From the NCBI GenBank assembly GCA_965205235.1, contig CBDBGD010000008.1, positions 204,514 through 268,513 on the forward strand: a stretch of DNA of 64,000 nucleotides, given 5' to 3'. This DNA comes from Dehalococcoidia bacterium. GTDB lineage: Bacteria > Chloroflexota > Dehalococcoidia > Lucifugimonadales > UBA1127. The position numbers and the translations under genes are program-made. Under the pieces are notes generated by a model. That model was not told where the DNA came from, searched no databases, and was given only the letters and a program-made list of their open reading frames with translations. Positions 27,302 to 39,957 of this stretch are shown here, one piece after another; position 1 is the stretch's first letter; the number at the start of each line of letters is the position of its first letter.

Positions 27302-28432
27302 TTACGCGTGCGTCTCCAGCAGCCGCGGCCCGTAGATCCGTAGCGAGTTGTCCCACAGGATTTTCGACTTGGCCTCGTCCGAGATGGGCTGCGCCATCAG
27401 GTCCTGCAGCGGCTGCGGCGGGGCCGGCGCGTCGAAATGGGGGTAGTCCGTGTTGAAGACGATGTTCTCGTCGCCCAGGTAGTCCACCACGTACTTGAGC
27501 GTCGGCTCGTCGGCGTCCGCGGCGATGGCGCACTGCCGCAGGAAGTACTCCTTCGGCGACGCCTTGAGCGGGTGCTCCCGGAAGTAGGTCGCCTGCCGGC
27601 CACCGGTGATCTCGCCGAGCCGGTGCAGCGCCCACGGCAGCCACCCCGCGTTCGACTCCAGCACCAGCAGCCGCAGCGACGGGAAGCGGTCCAGGATGCC
27701 CGTCAGCATGAAGTGGGCCATCGCCAGCATGTTCTCGAACGGGAAGCCGGTGAGCCCGTTGATGGCCCCCGCTCCGCCGGACGCGCTCCGGTAGCGCGCC
27801 CCCGCCAGCGGGAAGCCGCTCGCGCTGTCCATCCCGTGGATGGCGAAGGGGAACTCCATCTCCACCGCCGCCTGCCACACCTGGTCGTAGTCCGAGTGGT
27901 GCCAGGGAGTGTCAGTGAGGACCTGGGGAAGGAAGACTGAGACGGCGCCCAGCTTCCCCACGGCGCGGCGGGACTCCGTCACCATCGCGTCCAGGTTCCG
28001 GCCCGGCACCATGGCCGCGTACTTGACCCGCCCTGGAGCGCCGCCGCAGAAGTCGGCGGCCCACGTGTTGAACGCGCGGCACATGGCCGCGTAGAGCATG
28101 ACGTCGCGGTCGTACGCGGCTGACACGGCGGCGTTGGTAGCGAGGCACACCTGCACGTCCCACCCCTGCTCGTCCATGTCCTGGATGCGGCTCTCCAGGC
28201 TCCACCACGCATCGTACGCCCGCCCGAACTTCTCCTGGATCATGCGCGTGGAGATCGTCCGGTCCGGCCCCACGGCCACCTTGCCGTCCTCGTACTCCAG
28301 GATCGCCCTGCTGTGGATCTGCGCCACCCGCGGGATCTGGTCCTGGTACGCGGCCTCCACGTACTGCTCCCAGATGTTCGCGGGCTCGTAGAAATGAGCG
28401 TCGGCGTCGATGACCCGATAGCCCTGGTACAT
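27302..28432 (-). CDS. amidohydrolase_2 family protein
   Basis: IDADAH, AIHG, G.LDRFP.L..LES..GW, FNTDYPH. Confidence 0.9.
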   Translation of the reverse strand: MYQGYRVIDADAHFYEPANIWEQYVEAAYQDQIPRVAQIHSRAILEYEDGKVAVGPDRTISTRMIQEKFGRAYDAWWSLESRIQDMDEQGWDVQVCLATNAAVSAAYDRDVMLYAAMCRAFNTWAADFCGGAPGRVKYAAMVPGRNLDAMVTESRRAVGKLGAVSVFLPQVLTDTPWHHSDYDQVWQAAVEMEFPFAIHGMDSASGFPLAGARYRSASGGAGAINGLTGFPFENMLAMAHFMLTGILDRFPSLRLLVLESNAGWLPWALHRLGEITGGRQATYFREHPLKASPKEYFLRQCAIAADADEPTLKYVVDYLGDENIVFNTDYPHFDAPAPPQPLQDLMAQPISDEAKSKILWDNSLRIYGPRLLETHA

Positions 28433-28512
28433 ACTGGTCTCCTTCTCCAGCTGCGTGGGGGGAGGTGTCGAATGCCGAAAGGGCCCCGAAGCTGGTGTTC
28501 CTGGTTCCCTGG

Positions 28513-30000
28513 CTACTCCGCCGATGGGCCGTGGGGGGCGTACGCGGTCGCGTTGGGGTTTCCCGGCACGAACAGCGCTTGGCCCTGGCGCCCCACCAGC
28601 CGCCCCTCGTCGACCACCACCTGGCCTCGCACCATGGTCAGCACGGGCATCCCCAGCAGCTCCATGCCGCTGAAGGTGCCCAGGTCGCTGATGCCGTGCT
28701 CCCGGTCCACCACGTGGGGCCGGGCCGGGTCCCACAGCGCCAGGTCCGCGTCCGAGCCCGGCTGCAGCACACCCTTACGCGGGTAGATGCCGAAGACCTT
28801 GGCCGGGTTCTCGCAGAAGAGCTGCACGAATCGGGGGATCGTGATCCGGCCGGTGTTGACGCCGTGGCTCCAGACCACCGGCATCATGAACTCCAGCGTG
28901 CTGAGCCCCGCTGCGATGTCAAAGATGTTCTCCCCGTCCAACGGCGGCTCTTGCGGGTCGCCGTCGAGCTCGCCCGTCAGCTTCAGCGTCCGCGTGTAGC
29001 CGGTGAAGTCGCTGCTGATGACGTTCAGCGCGCCCGACGCGACCCCGCCCCACATCGCCTCCCGGTCCTGCGCCTCGCGCAGCGGCGGGGCCACCTTGAA
29101 ATTGTAGCCCCTGGTGATGAGGTCCTCGTTCGTCAGCGTCAGGTAGTGAGGGCAGGTCTCCGCGTACAGCGGCAGCCCGCGGTCCTTGTAGTGCTCCAGC
29201 ACCGGCACCACCTCGTGGGCGCTCAGGTGTACCGGGTAGAGCGGCGACTGCGTCACCAGGGCCATCGTTGCGGCCCGGTTCACCGCCTCCGACTCCAGGA
29301 TGTTGGGCGCCGAGGCCAGCCAGCTGTGCCGCGACACCTTCCCCTGCCCCCGCAGCGAGTCCTCCAGGTACGCCTTGCAACACCCGTTCTCGGCGTGGAC
29401 CATCGCCATGCCCCCGTCGCGGGCGGCAAGGTCCATCACCTCCATGACCACCTCGTCGGGTATGGCCATGAGGCTGGGGCGGATGCCGGCGGCCCACGGG
29501 TTCCACGTCATGAACATCTTGAAGGAGATGACGCCCATGCGGATGAGCTCGGGCACCACCTGCGTCAGCGTGTCCCGGTCGCGCATGGTGATCAGGCCGT
29601 GCACGGCGAAGTCGGTGTACGACGCCTGCTCGGCGTACTCCACGAACCCCTTGACGATGTCGGGGTTGTACGACCGGACGCCCCATTCGTTGCCGAACTG
29701 CTCGTGGCGGTGCGTCTCCGAGCCGATGAACGCGGCGATGGTGGTCACGCCCCCGTACGCTGCGCAGATGGAGAAGGTGTCCATCTTGTCCGCGAAGATG
29801 GGATGGGCGTGGGAGTCGATGCCGCCCGGCAGGACGTACTTCCCCGTCGCGTCGATGACCCGGCCTACACCCTCCGCCGAGAGGTCCGGCCCCACCTCGC
29901 GCACCTTGCCGCCACTGATAAGCAGGTCGGCGCGGGTGATGCCGCGTCCCGAGGCTAGGAGTCCGCCCCGTACCAGCGTATCCGCCGTCGTGTCCGCCAT
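28513..30000 (-). CDS. dihydropyrimidinase/hydantoinase-like cyclic amidohydrolase
   Basis: PGGIDSHAH, SFKMFM, VHAEN, VHLS, ETCPHYL, KG.L.PGSDAD. Confidence 0.88.
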   Translation of the reverse strand: MADTTADTLVRGGLLASGRGITRADLLISGGKVREVGPDLSAEGVGRVIDATGKYVLPGGIDSHAHPIFADKMDTFSICAAYGGVTTIAAFIGSETHRHEQFGNEWGVRSYNPDIVKGFVEYAEQASYTDFAVHGLITMRDRDTLTQVVPELIRMGVISFKMFMTWNPWAAGIRPSLMAIPDEVVMEVMDLAARDGGMAMVHAENGCCKAYLEDSLRGQGKVSRHSWLASAPNILESEAVNRAATMALVTQSPLYPVHLSAHEVVPVLEHYKDRGLPLYAETCPHYLTLTNEDLITRGYNFKVAPPLREAQDREAMWGGVASGALNVISSDFTGYTRTLKLTGELDGDPQEPPLDGENIFDIAAGLSTLEFMMPVVWSHGVNTGRITIPRFVQLFCENPAKVFGIYPRKGVLQPGSDADLALWDPARPHVVDREHGISDLGTFSGMELLGMPVLTMVRGQVVVDEGRLVGRQGQALFVPGNPNATAYAPHGPSAE

Positions 30001-30185
30001 CTCTACACCGCCATCGGAGAGGTCGGGGCTTGAGGAGTTGCTGCGAGTCTACAGGCGCCCCCTGCCTCGGTCAATAGAGCGTCCCCCTTGCGGGGACGCC
30101 TGTGGGTGGTACAATGCGGCATCGCACGCAACCACCGGACGGCCTCGGTCTCCCTCTGCGGAGGAAGCACGGAAAGGGGAAAGCC

Positions 30186-31577
30186 ATGGACCTTCTCACG
30201 ATGACACTTGCCGACGCAGCGGAGGCCATCAAGTCTCGCAAGCTCTCTCCTGTCGAGTTGACGCAGTACACTCTGGACCGCATCGACCTCCTCGAGCCCA
30301 GGCTCAACGCCTTCATTACCCTCTGCGGCGACCGGGCCATGGAAGCCGCGCGCGTCGCCGAGCAAGAGGTCATCAGCGGGCGCTACCGCGGTCCCATGCA
30401 TGGTATTCCCTACGGCGTGAAGGACATCTTCTCCACCGCCGGCCTGCGCACAACCAACGGCTCCAAGGTCTTCCAGGACCACGTCCCGGACGTCACCAGC
30501 ACCGCCGTGCGCAACCTCGACGCCGCCGGCGGCGTGCTCGTGGGCAAGAACAACTGCGCCGAGTTCGCCAGCGGCGGCGACCACAGCAGCTTCCACGGCG
30601 CTGTCCACAACCCCTGGGGCTTGGAGTACTCGCCGGGCGGGTCCTCCAGCGGCTCCGGCGCGGCGGTGGCCGCCGGCATGCTCTTCGGCTCCATGGGTAC
30701 CTGCACCGGAGGCTCCATCCGCGGGCCCGCGTCCTACTGCAGCGTCGTTGGGCTGAAACCCTCCTACGGGCTGGTGAGCCGTCATGGCGTCTTCCCGCTG
30801 AGCTGGTCCATCGACCACGCTGGGCCCATGACGCGTACCGTGGAGGACTGCGCGCTGATGCTGGAGGCCGTCGCGGGCTACGATCCGCTCGACCCTTCCT
30901 CAGCCAACGTTAGGGTCCCCCACTACGCCGGCGCGCTCGACGGGGACATCCGGGGCATGCGCATCGGCATCACCCGCGAGCTGAACGAGGGCGCAGGCGC
31001 CGAGACCGGCGAGCTGGTGCAGCGGGCCTTCGAGGTACTGCGCGAGCTTGGCGCCGAGGTCGAGGAGGTTCCCGTGCCCATCACCGGCGACTATGCCACC
31101 GTCGCGGGCAACGTCATCACCTGGGCGGAGTGCGCCCAGATTCACGCTCCCTGGCGCGACCGCCTGGCCGACTACTCGGTGGGCGTTCGGGAGAAGGTGC
31201 TGGTCGGATCGGTCCTGCCATCGGCGTTTTACCACAAGGCGCAGGAGATGCGGCGCGCCGTCCAGGCGGAGCTGACCGAGGTCCTCCAGCGCTACGACGT
31301 CCTCGTGGGCTACACGACGAACAACCCAGCGGGGCTCCTGGAGGCCGGTACCACGGGCGGCACCGCCATGGGCATGGCCACGGCCCGAAGCTCCACCCGT
31401 CCCTACAACCTCACGGGGATGCCGGCCGTGAGCGTCCCTTGCGGCTTCGTCGCCTCCAACGGGCTGCCGGTGGGGCTCCACATCTCCGGCCGCCTCTTCG
31501 ACGACGCGACGGTGCTCAAGGTGGCCCACGCCTACGAGCAGGCGGCGGGCTGGTACACCCGCCACCCGGACCTCTAG
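30186..31577 (+). CDS. amidase-signature family enzyme
   Basis: GVKD, PGGSSSGS, GTCTGGSIR.PAS, GLKP.YG.VSR.G. Confidence 0.92.
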   Translation: MDLLTMTLADAAEAIKSRKLSPVELTQYTLDRIDLLEPRLNAFITLCGDRAMEAARVAEQEVISGRYRGPMHGIPYGVKDIFSTAGLRTTNGSKVFQDHVPDVTSTAVRNLDAAGGVLVGKNNCAEFASGGDHSSFHGAVHNPWGLEYSPGGSSSGSGAAVAAGMLFGSMGTCTGGSIRGPASYCSVVGLKPSYGLVSRHGVFPLSWSIDHAGPMTRTVEDCALMLEAVAGYDPLDPSSANVRVPHYAGALDGDIRGMRIGITRELNEGAGAETGELVQRAFEVLRELGAEVEEVPVPITGDYATVAGNVITWAECAQIHAPWRDRLADYSVGVREKVLVGSVLPSAFYHKAQEMRRAVQAELTEVLQRYDVLVGYTTNNPAGLLEAGTTGGTAMGMATARSSTRPYNLTGMPAVSVPCGFVASNGLPVGLHISGRLFDDATVLKVAHAYEQAAGWYTRHPDL

Positions 31578-31645
31578 AGACAGGTCGCCTTCGCAGGCGA
31601 GACCAGAACGGCTTGTCCACGGTCCTGCTGGGTGGCAGGTGATTC

Positions 31646-32062
31646 ATGCACAACCCTCGCCACCCTGCCGCTGTTCTCCTATCGACTCACGGTGCAGTCG
31701 CCATCGTCGCGCTAGCCGCCGTCCTGACCCTCGCACTCGGCGGCGGCGAAGAGCCGGGCGGCCACGTGTACGGGCCCATGGCGCTGGGCGTGGAGTACCC
31801 CGTCTCGTGGAGCACCCGCTGCGACATCCACTATCCCATCTTCGATGGACGACACTGGGAGCTGTTCGCCCAGAGCGGGCCGAGCGGAGAGCCTGGGGAG
31901 GAGGACGACCTGCGCATCGGCATGCGCGGAGGCGGACGAGACGATGTGCAGCGCGGCAATCTCATGCTGCTGTGGCCGGGCCTGGCGGTCCTCATGGGCG
32001 ACTTCGGAGAGAACACCTGGTACGTCGAGAGGCGGCGAGTCGAGAACTACTACTGGTGTTGA
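31646..32062 (+). CDS. hypothetical exported protein
   Basis: Hydrophobic N-terminal segment and plausible codon usage; no family recognised. Confidence 0.45.
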   Translation: MHNPRHPAAVLLSTHGAVAIVALAAVLTLALGGGEEPGGHVYGPMALGVEYPVSWSTRCDIHYPIFDGRHWELFAQSGPSGEPGEEDDLRIGMRGGGRDDVQRGNLMLLWPGLAVLMGDFGENTWYVERRRVENYYWC

Positions 32063-32104
32063 GTCGCGGCAAGGCGAGAGGCGCTCGTTGACGGATGAGT
32101 GGGA

Positions 32105-32818
32105 CTAGGGTGTGACGCCGACGGTGAGGGAGACCATGTAGCCTTCCCCGTGCTCGGTGACGTGCCCGATCAGTGAGCTGCCCACCGCATCGCCGGGGAA
32201 GATGCCATCGTCGTCGTTGCTCACGCGATGAGGGCCGCGGGCCGCGTAGGGCTCGGTCCGGTAGACGGCCTTGGAGATGGCGTCGGGGAAGTAGAGCTGC
32301 GAGGTCACCAGGCGTCCCCGATCCGTGTATGCCATGAAGTGGATGTGGACTGCCCTGGTGGGGTACCAGCCGGGGTAGATGGTCTCGAACTCGGCGACGC
32401 CGACGGCGTCGGTGACCTGCTTGCCGCGGAGGAAGCTCTCGCCGGTGGTGTCGACACGGTCGACGCCCTGATCGCGGTAGCCGGAGTAGCGGCCGAAGAC
32501 GTCCGTGTGCCAGACGTCGACGGTCGCGCCGGCCACCGGCTCACACGAACCGACTTCGACGAGGCGCAGAGACACGAGAAGGGGCGTGCCGGACAGGCCC
32601 TCGGTGATGTCGCGGCGGACCTCGCCGGTGTCGAAGTAGAAGGGGCCCTCGGTCTGGGACGGCGTCCGGACGCAATCGTCGAGGGCAACCGAGTCTGCCG
32701 TCTGCGGCGCGGCGTCGGCGCGCTCGACAGAGGCGTCGTCGGAGCCGCCATCGCATGATGCGAGGGCGAGGGACGCCGCCAGGAGCGCCGCAAGGCCGAG
32801 GGGTTGCAGCATGTTCAT
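32105..32818 (-). CDS. intradiol ring-cleavage dioxygenase-like lipoprotein
   Basis: TEGPFY, VDVWH, FLRG.Q, TIYPGWY..RAVHIH, TSQLYF; lipobox LASC. Confidence 0.88.
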   Translation of the reverse strand: MNMLQPLGLAALLAASLALASCDGGSDDASVERADAAPQTADSVALDDCVRTPSQTEGPFYFDTGEVRRDITEGLSGTPLLVSLRLVEVGSCEPVAGATVDVWHTDVFGRYSGYRDQGVDRVDTTGESFLRGKQVTDAVGVAEFETIYPGWYPTRAVHIHFMAYTDRGRLVTSQLYFPDAISKAVYRTEPYAARGPHRVSNDDDGIFPGDAVGSSLIGHVTEHGEGYMVSLTVGVTP

Positions 32819-32943
32819 CGCCTCAAGTATAGCGGCGGGCGCACGCGTGGATGGACCCACTGGATGGAACGAGGGGTAGCTGCCGGAGGTTAGCTCGTCG
32901 TCCCGGCCAGGCCGCTCTGCGCGTCTCCCAGCGCCCCCGCGTC

Positions 32944-32973
32944 TTTACGTGCCGTACGTGCGTGTGCTATAGT
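32944..32973 (+). promoter_or_regulatory. putative promoter of infC-rpmI-rplT
   Basis: TTTACG, 18-bp spacer, then extended -10 TGcTATAGT. Confidence 0.45.
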
Positions 32974-33014
32974 CCCGTAGCAGAATTGCAGACGAGTTTT
33001 GGAGGTAGCGTAGC

Positions 33015-33605
33015 ATCCCACCGCGAGAGTACCGGGTGAACCAGCAGATCCGGATCCGTGAGGTCCGGGTCATTGGAGAGAACGGAGAGCAGCTGGGCAT
33101 CCTGCCCACCGTCCAGGCCCTCCAGGCGGCCAGGGAGCGGGAGCTGGACCTGGTAGAGGTTGCGCCGACAGCATCGCCGCCGGTCTGTCGCATCATGGAC
33201 TACGGGCGGTTCCGATTCCTTCAGTCGAAGAAGGACCGGGAGGCCCGGCGGATCCAAAAGCCCAACCTTCTGCGGGAGATGCGCTTCAGGCCCCGAATCG
33301 CCACCCATGACCGGGAGGCGAAGATCCGCCGAGTGCGGGACTTCCTGGATGAAGGAAGCAAGGTCAAGCTTACGGTGCTGTTCCGGGGTCGAGAGATGAG
33401 CCACCCGGAGGCGGGTGTGACCCTTCTGCGGAGCGTGGCGGAAAGTCTGAAGGAACGTGCGAAGGTGGAGGCGGCGCCGGCCATGGAAGGTCGGCGTATG
33501 AGCCTGATTCTGGTCCCCATCGCCCAGCCGCGAGCGAAGAGCGATGGGGCTGCTCCAGCCAAGGAGACCCCTGTTGGCGAAGAAAGCAAAGAAGTCAAAG
33601 CTTAA
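33015..33605 (+). CDS. infC: translation initiation factor IF-3 (ATC start)
   Basis: VNQQIR..EVRVI, LDLVEV, PPVCRIMDYG, FRGRE; in-frame ATC 8 nt after GGAGGT. Confidence 0.95.
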   Translation: MPPREYRVNQQIRIREVRVIGENGEQLGILPTVQALQAARERELDLVEVAPTASPPVCRIMDYGRFRFLQSKKDREARRIQKPNLLREMRFRPRIATHDREAKIRRVRDFLDEGSKVKLTVLFRGREMSHPEAGVTLLRSVAESLKERAKVEAAPAMEGRRMSLILVPIAQPRAKSDGAAPAKETPVGEESKEVKA

Positions 33606-33798
33606 GACCCACAAGGCAGCGGCAGCCCGGATTCACGTCACCGGGACCGGCAAGCTGCTGCGCATGAAGCGCCATCGCAGCCACCTGCGTCGCAAGAAAT
33701 CGGCGAAGGCCAAGCGCGAGTTCGGCCAGAAGCTGCCTGTGTCCGGCAACGGCAACGTGGCCCGACTGCGGCGTCTCATCCCCTACGGCGTTCCGTAG
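33574..33798 (+). CDS. rpmI: 50S ribosomal protein L35
   Basis: KLKTHK.AA.R..VTGTGK; TTG start after AAGGAG; position in operon. Confidence 0.92.
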   Translation: MAKKAKKSKLKTHKAAAARIHVTGTGKLLRMKRHRSHLRRKKSAKAKREFGQKLPVSGNGNVARLRRLIPYGVP

Positions 33799-33822
33799 AC
33801 CTCGAATAACAGGAGCACTCTC

Positions 33823-34185
33823 GTGGCCCGTGTAAAGCGCGGTACCGTCAAGCGACGCAAGCACAACGCCATTCGCAAGCTGGTGAAGGGCCACTACAGC
33901 GTCCGCCACCGGCACTATCGCAAGGCGAAGGAAGACCTTCTGCACGCCATGCGGTACGCCTACGTTCACCGCCGCGAGCGGAAGGGCGACTTCAGGCGGC
34001 TGTGGGTCATCCGCATCGGCGCGGCGTCTCGAAGCCTGGGCCTCAACTACAGCACCTTCATGCACGGGCTGAAAGAGGCCGGGGTGGACGTCAACCGCAA
34101 GATGCTGGCCGACCTGGCGGTGCGTGAGCCCGAGGCCTTCGCACAGCTCGCCGAGAAGGCCCGCGGCGCCCTGGCCTCCGCCTGA
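33823..34185 (+). CDS. rplT: 50S ribosomal protein L20
   Basis: MARVKRG, RK.DFR.LW..RI.AA, NRKMLADLAV. Confidence 0.97.
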   Translation: MARVKRGTVKRRKHNAIRKLVKGHYSVRHRHYRKAKEDLLHAMRYAYVHRRERKGDFRRLWVIRIGAASRSLGLNYSTFMHGLKEAGVDVNRKMLADLAVREPEAFAQLAEKARGALASA

Positions 34186-34208
34186 CCTCGTCGCGAGGTC
34201 CCGGCCCC

Positions 34209-36164
34209 TTGCACCGGCGACTCGCCCTCCTAGCTGTCGGACTTGGTCTTCTGGCCCTGGCTTGCACCGAAACGTCGCCCTCGCCGCCACCCGCGCCCAC
34301 GACCTCGACGCCTACCACCGCGGTCGAGTCCGCCGCCGCTGAGACCGCGACGCCGGAGGCCGCGACACCAACGCCTGCTGCCCCGCAGGCCGGGACCGCG
34401 CCTCCCGAAGGCACGGCAGCACCGGCGCTCCACAGCCCCGTCCCCGTGCCGCCGGACCGCGACGTCGTCGGCCTCGCCCAGCGCCTGCGAGGCCTCTCGG
34501 ACGCGTCCTCTGCGACCGGCCTTCCGTCGCGTCCGGCCCCGAGGGTAGGCCAGGAGGAGGACTTCTGGCTCATCGAGCTCAGGGGGCCCACGGCCTACCA
34601 GACCACCGCCGAGCTGCGACTGATCAGCGCACGGGCGCTGTGGTACGTGGAGTCCGGCGCAACGGTGGCTGATCGCTCGCTGGAGACGGCGGCTCGTGCG
34701 TTCGAGGAGCAGATATACCCGCAGGTGACCGCGGCCTTTGGTGAGCCGTCGCTGCGCCCCGGTGAGCGCATCACCGTCCTCCACGCCCGGCTCGGCGGAG
34801 CGGGCGGCTATTTCTCCAGCGGTGACGGCCACCCGATTGCGGTGCAACCTTTCAGCAACGAGCGTCCCATGCTGTACCTGAACGTGCACGGTCCGCCCGT
34901 GGGCAGCCGCAGCTATCTTTCCATCTTGGCCCACGAGTTCCAGCACATGGTCCATGACGCCGCCGACGGCAACGAGGAGTCCTGGGTGAACGAGGGCCTT
35001 TCTGAAGTGGCCACCGGCGTGGCCGGCTACCCCACGCCCCTGGGCGGTCGTCCGCTTCCGTCGCCGCCTGTGTCGCTGACCGCCTGGCCCGACGCTCCCG
35101 GCTCGACGCTACCGCACTACCTCACGAGCTTCCTCTTCTTCCACTACCTGTCGGAGCACCACGGCGGCACGGACGACCTGGCGCGCCTCCTGCAACGGCC
35201 GGAGGACGGCATCGCCGGCATCGACGGCTACCTGCGGGACCTTGGCATCGATGTGACCTTCCTGGACGTGTACCGGGACTGGACGGTAGCCCTTCTTCTC
35301 GGCCCTGAAGGCCGGGGCCCCTACGCCTCCTCCGCGATCAGGACGTCTTTGTTCCCTCGCCAGTACCTTGCGCCGGGCCAGGAGGAGGCGGGGGTTCTGA
35401 CGCCCTTCGCCCCCGCCTACGTCGCCCTGGACCCAGGCGGGGCGCCCACCACCCTGCGGTTCCAGGGTGACGGCAGCGTCCCGCTGGTGCCGGTGGACGC
35501 GTACAGCGGGGATTTCTGCTGGTGGAGCAACCGCGGCGACTCGATCCACAGCAGCCTGCAGCGGACGGTCGACCTGAGCGGCGTGGAGGCTGCAACGCTG
35601 GAGTTCCGTCTCTGGCACGACATCGAGGAGGGGTGGGACTTCGCCTACGTCACCGCCTCACCCGACGGTGGCGACACCTGGCACGTCCTCGCAGGCGACC
35701 ACACGACGGACGACGATCCGGTGGGGAACGCCTACGGGCCGGGCTACACGGGCGCGACCCGCGGCTGGGTCCAGGAGAGCATCGACCTCACCCCGTTCGT
35801 CGGGGGAGACCTCTTCCTGGCCTTCGAGTATGTCACCGACGACGCCGTCCACGGCCCCGGCATGTGCGTCGATGACATCAGCGTGCCGGAGACTGGCTTC
35901 GCCGACGACGCGGAGTCGGACGCGGGCTGGCAGGCGGAGGGCTTCTATCGCACGAACAATGCCCTGCCTGCGCGTTACCAGGTGCAGGTGGTGGAGTTCC
36001 CGGAGGACGGAGAACCTCGCATGCGCCTGGTGCCACTGGAGTCGGGAGCGCAGGGCGAGCTGCGGCTGTCGGAGGGCCTGGAGCGGGCGGTGGCGATCGT
36101 CTCGCTGGTCACGGAGGAGACGACGCAGGGGGCGGGGTACACACTCCGGCTGCAGGAGGACTAA
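34209..36164 (+). CDS. secreted zinc metalloprotease lipoprotein with InhA-like C-terminal beta domain
   Basis: Lipobox LALAC, Pro/Thr linker, HEFQH...NEGLSE, DIEEGWDFAYV, FEYVTD. Confidence 0.8.
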   Translation: MHRRLALLAVGLGLLALACTETSPSPPPAPTTSTPTTAVESAAAETATPEAATPTPAAPQAGTAPPEGTAAPALHSPVPVPPDRDVVGLAQRLRGLSDASSATGLPSRPAPRVGQEEDFWLIELRGPTAYQTTAELRLISARALWYVESGATVADRSLETAARAFEEQIYPQVTAAFGEPSLRPGERITVLHARLGGAGGYFSSGDGHPIAVQPFSNERPMLYLNVHGPPVGSRSYLSILAHEFQHMVHDAADGNEESWVNEGLSEVATGVAGYPTPLGGRPLPSPPVSLTAWPDAPGSTLPHYLTSFLFFHYLSEHHGGTDDLARLLQRPEDGIAGIDGYLRDLGIDVTFLDVYRDWTVALLLGPEGRGPYASSAIRTSLFPRQYLAPGQEEAGVLTPFAPAYVALDPGGAPTTLRFQGDGSVPLVPVDAYSGDFCWWSNRGDSIHSSLQRTVDLSGVEAATLEFRLWHDIEEGWDFAYVTASPDGGDTWHVLAGDHTTDDDPVGNAYGPGYTGATRGWVQESIDLTPFVGGDLFLAFEYVTDDAVHGPGMCVDDISVPETGFADDAESDAGWQAEGFYRTNNALPARYQVQVVEFPEDGEPRMRLVPLESGAQGELRLSEGLERAVAIVSLVTEETTQGAGYTLRLQED

Positions 36165-36255
36165 CCGCCCGCAACCGTGACGTCCACCCCTCGCCCAACC
36201 CCGCCGCGCCGCGGTACACTACCCTAGTCGACGCAGCCGCACAGGAGGAGGCGCG

Positions 36256-39186
<2,931 letters not shown>

Positions 39187-39230
39187 CGACGCACGCCTGG
39201 CTCAGCGATGCGCTCCTTGATGAAGGTCCA

Positions 39231-39875
39231 ATGCAGCGACGCAAGACAACCATAGGCAGGGGCCAGTTTGGGCACACCGTCCCGGTTGATCAGCACGCTG
39301 CCGAAGTGCTGGACCGCATCCTTAGTAAGGGTAGGCCCCTGACCGAGGACGCGGTCTTTCTTAGCATGTACCTCCACCTACGCCGGCACAACCGTAGCCG
39401 AATGTTCCAGAAGGTGCGGGCCAGTAAGAACATCGGAGGCTACCGCGACTTCGGCTTCTCGCCGGACGTCGACCTGCTGGAGGTGCGGAGTGGCGGTGTT
39501 GTGGTGGGCTATGAGCTGAAGGGGTTTCGTAGGGCAGGCAGGGAGATGCAGGCGCCTCCGTTCTACGATGGTATAGACCAAGCCTTAGCGTTGCTCAAGA
39601 ACCCAGTTCGTTCGCCTTTGTCAGAGTCCTTTGCTGGAAGCGTGTTCGACTACATGTACTTGGTCCACCCCGGAGGCTCCGATGTGGATGCACTCGTCGA
39701 CCTGTTGCACATGTGCACACCGATAGGCCTCATCGTCGTGGAACACTTCACCATCAAAGAGCTAGTCAAGCCCAAGCTCAATCCGTTTCTCGAGCAGGGG
39801 ATCAAATCGTTTTTCGTCTCTCGGCTTGACGCTTTGGAGACGTACACCAAGTTCAGAGTCAATCCTATTCAGTGA
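39231..39875 (+). CDS. hypothetical protein with PD-(D/E)xK-like motif
   Basis: SPDVDLL...GYELKG...GIDQA; lower GC; start uncertain. Confidence 0.6.
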   Translation: MQRRKTTIGRGQFGHTVPVDQHAAEVLDRILSKGRPLTEDAVFLSMYLHLRRHNRSRMFQKVRASKNIGGYRDFGFSPDVDLLEVRSGGVVVGYELKGFRRAGREMQAPPFYDGIDQALALLKNPVRSPLSESFAGSVFDYMYLVHPGGSDVDALVDLLHMCTPIGLIVVEHFTIKELVKPKLNPFLEQGIKSFFVSRLDALETYTKFRVNPIQ

Positions 39876-39957
39876 GAGCCGGTTGGTAGCGACGGCTCAT
39901 TCGATAGGAGACTCCCGACCGGATACCCCGCATCCATGAGCGCGATGAGGAGACGGC

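Noticed and set aside
36165-36255. LexA box upstream of uvrA
   Set aside because: No convincing GAAC-N4-GTTC-like palindrome seen.
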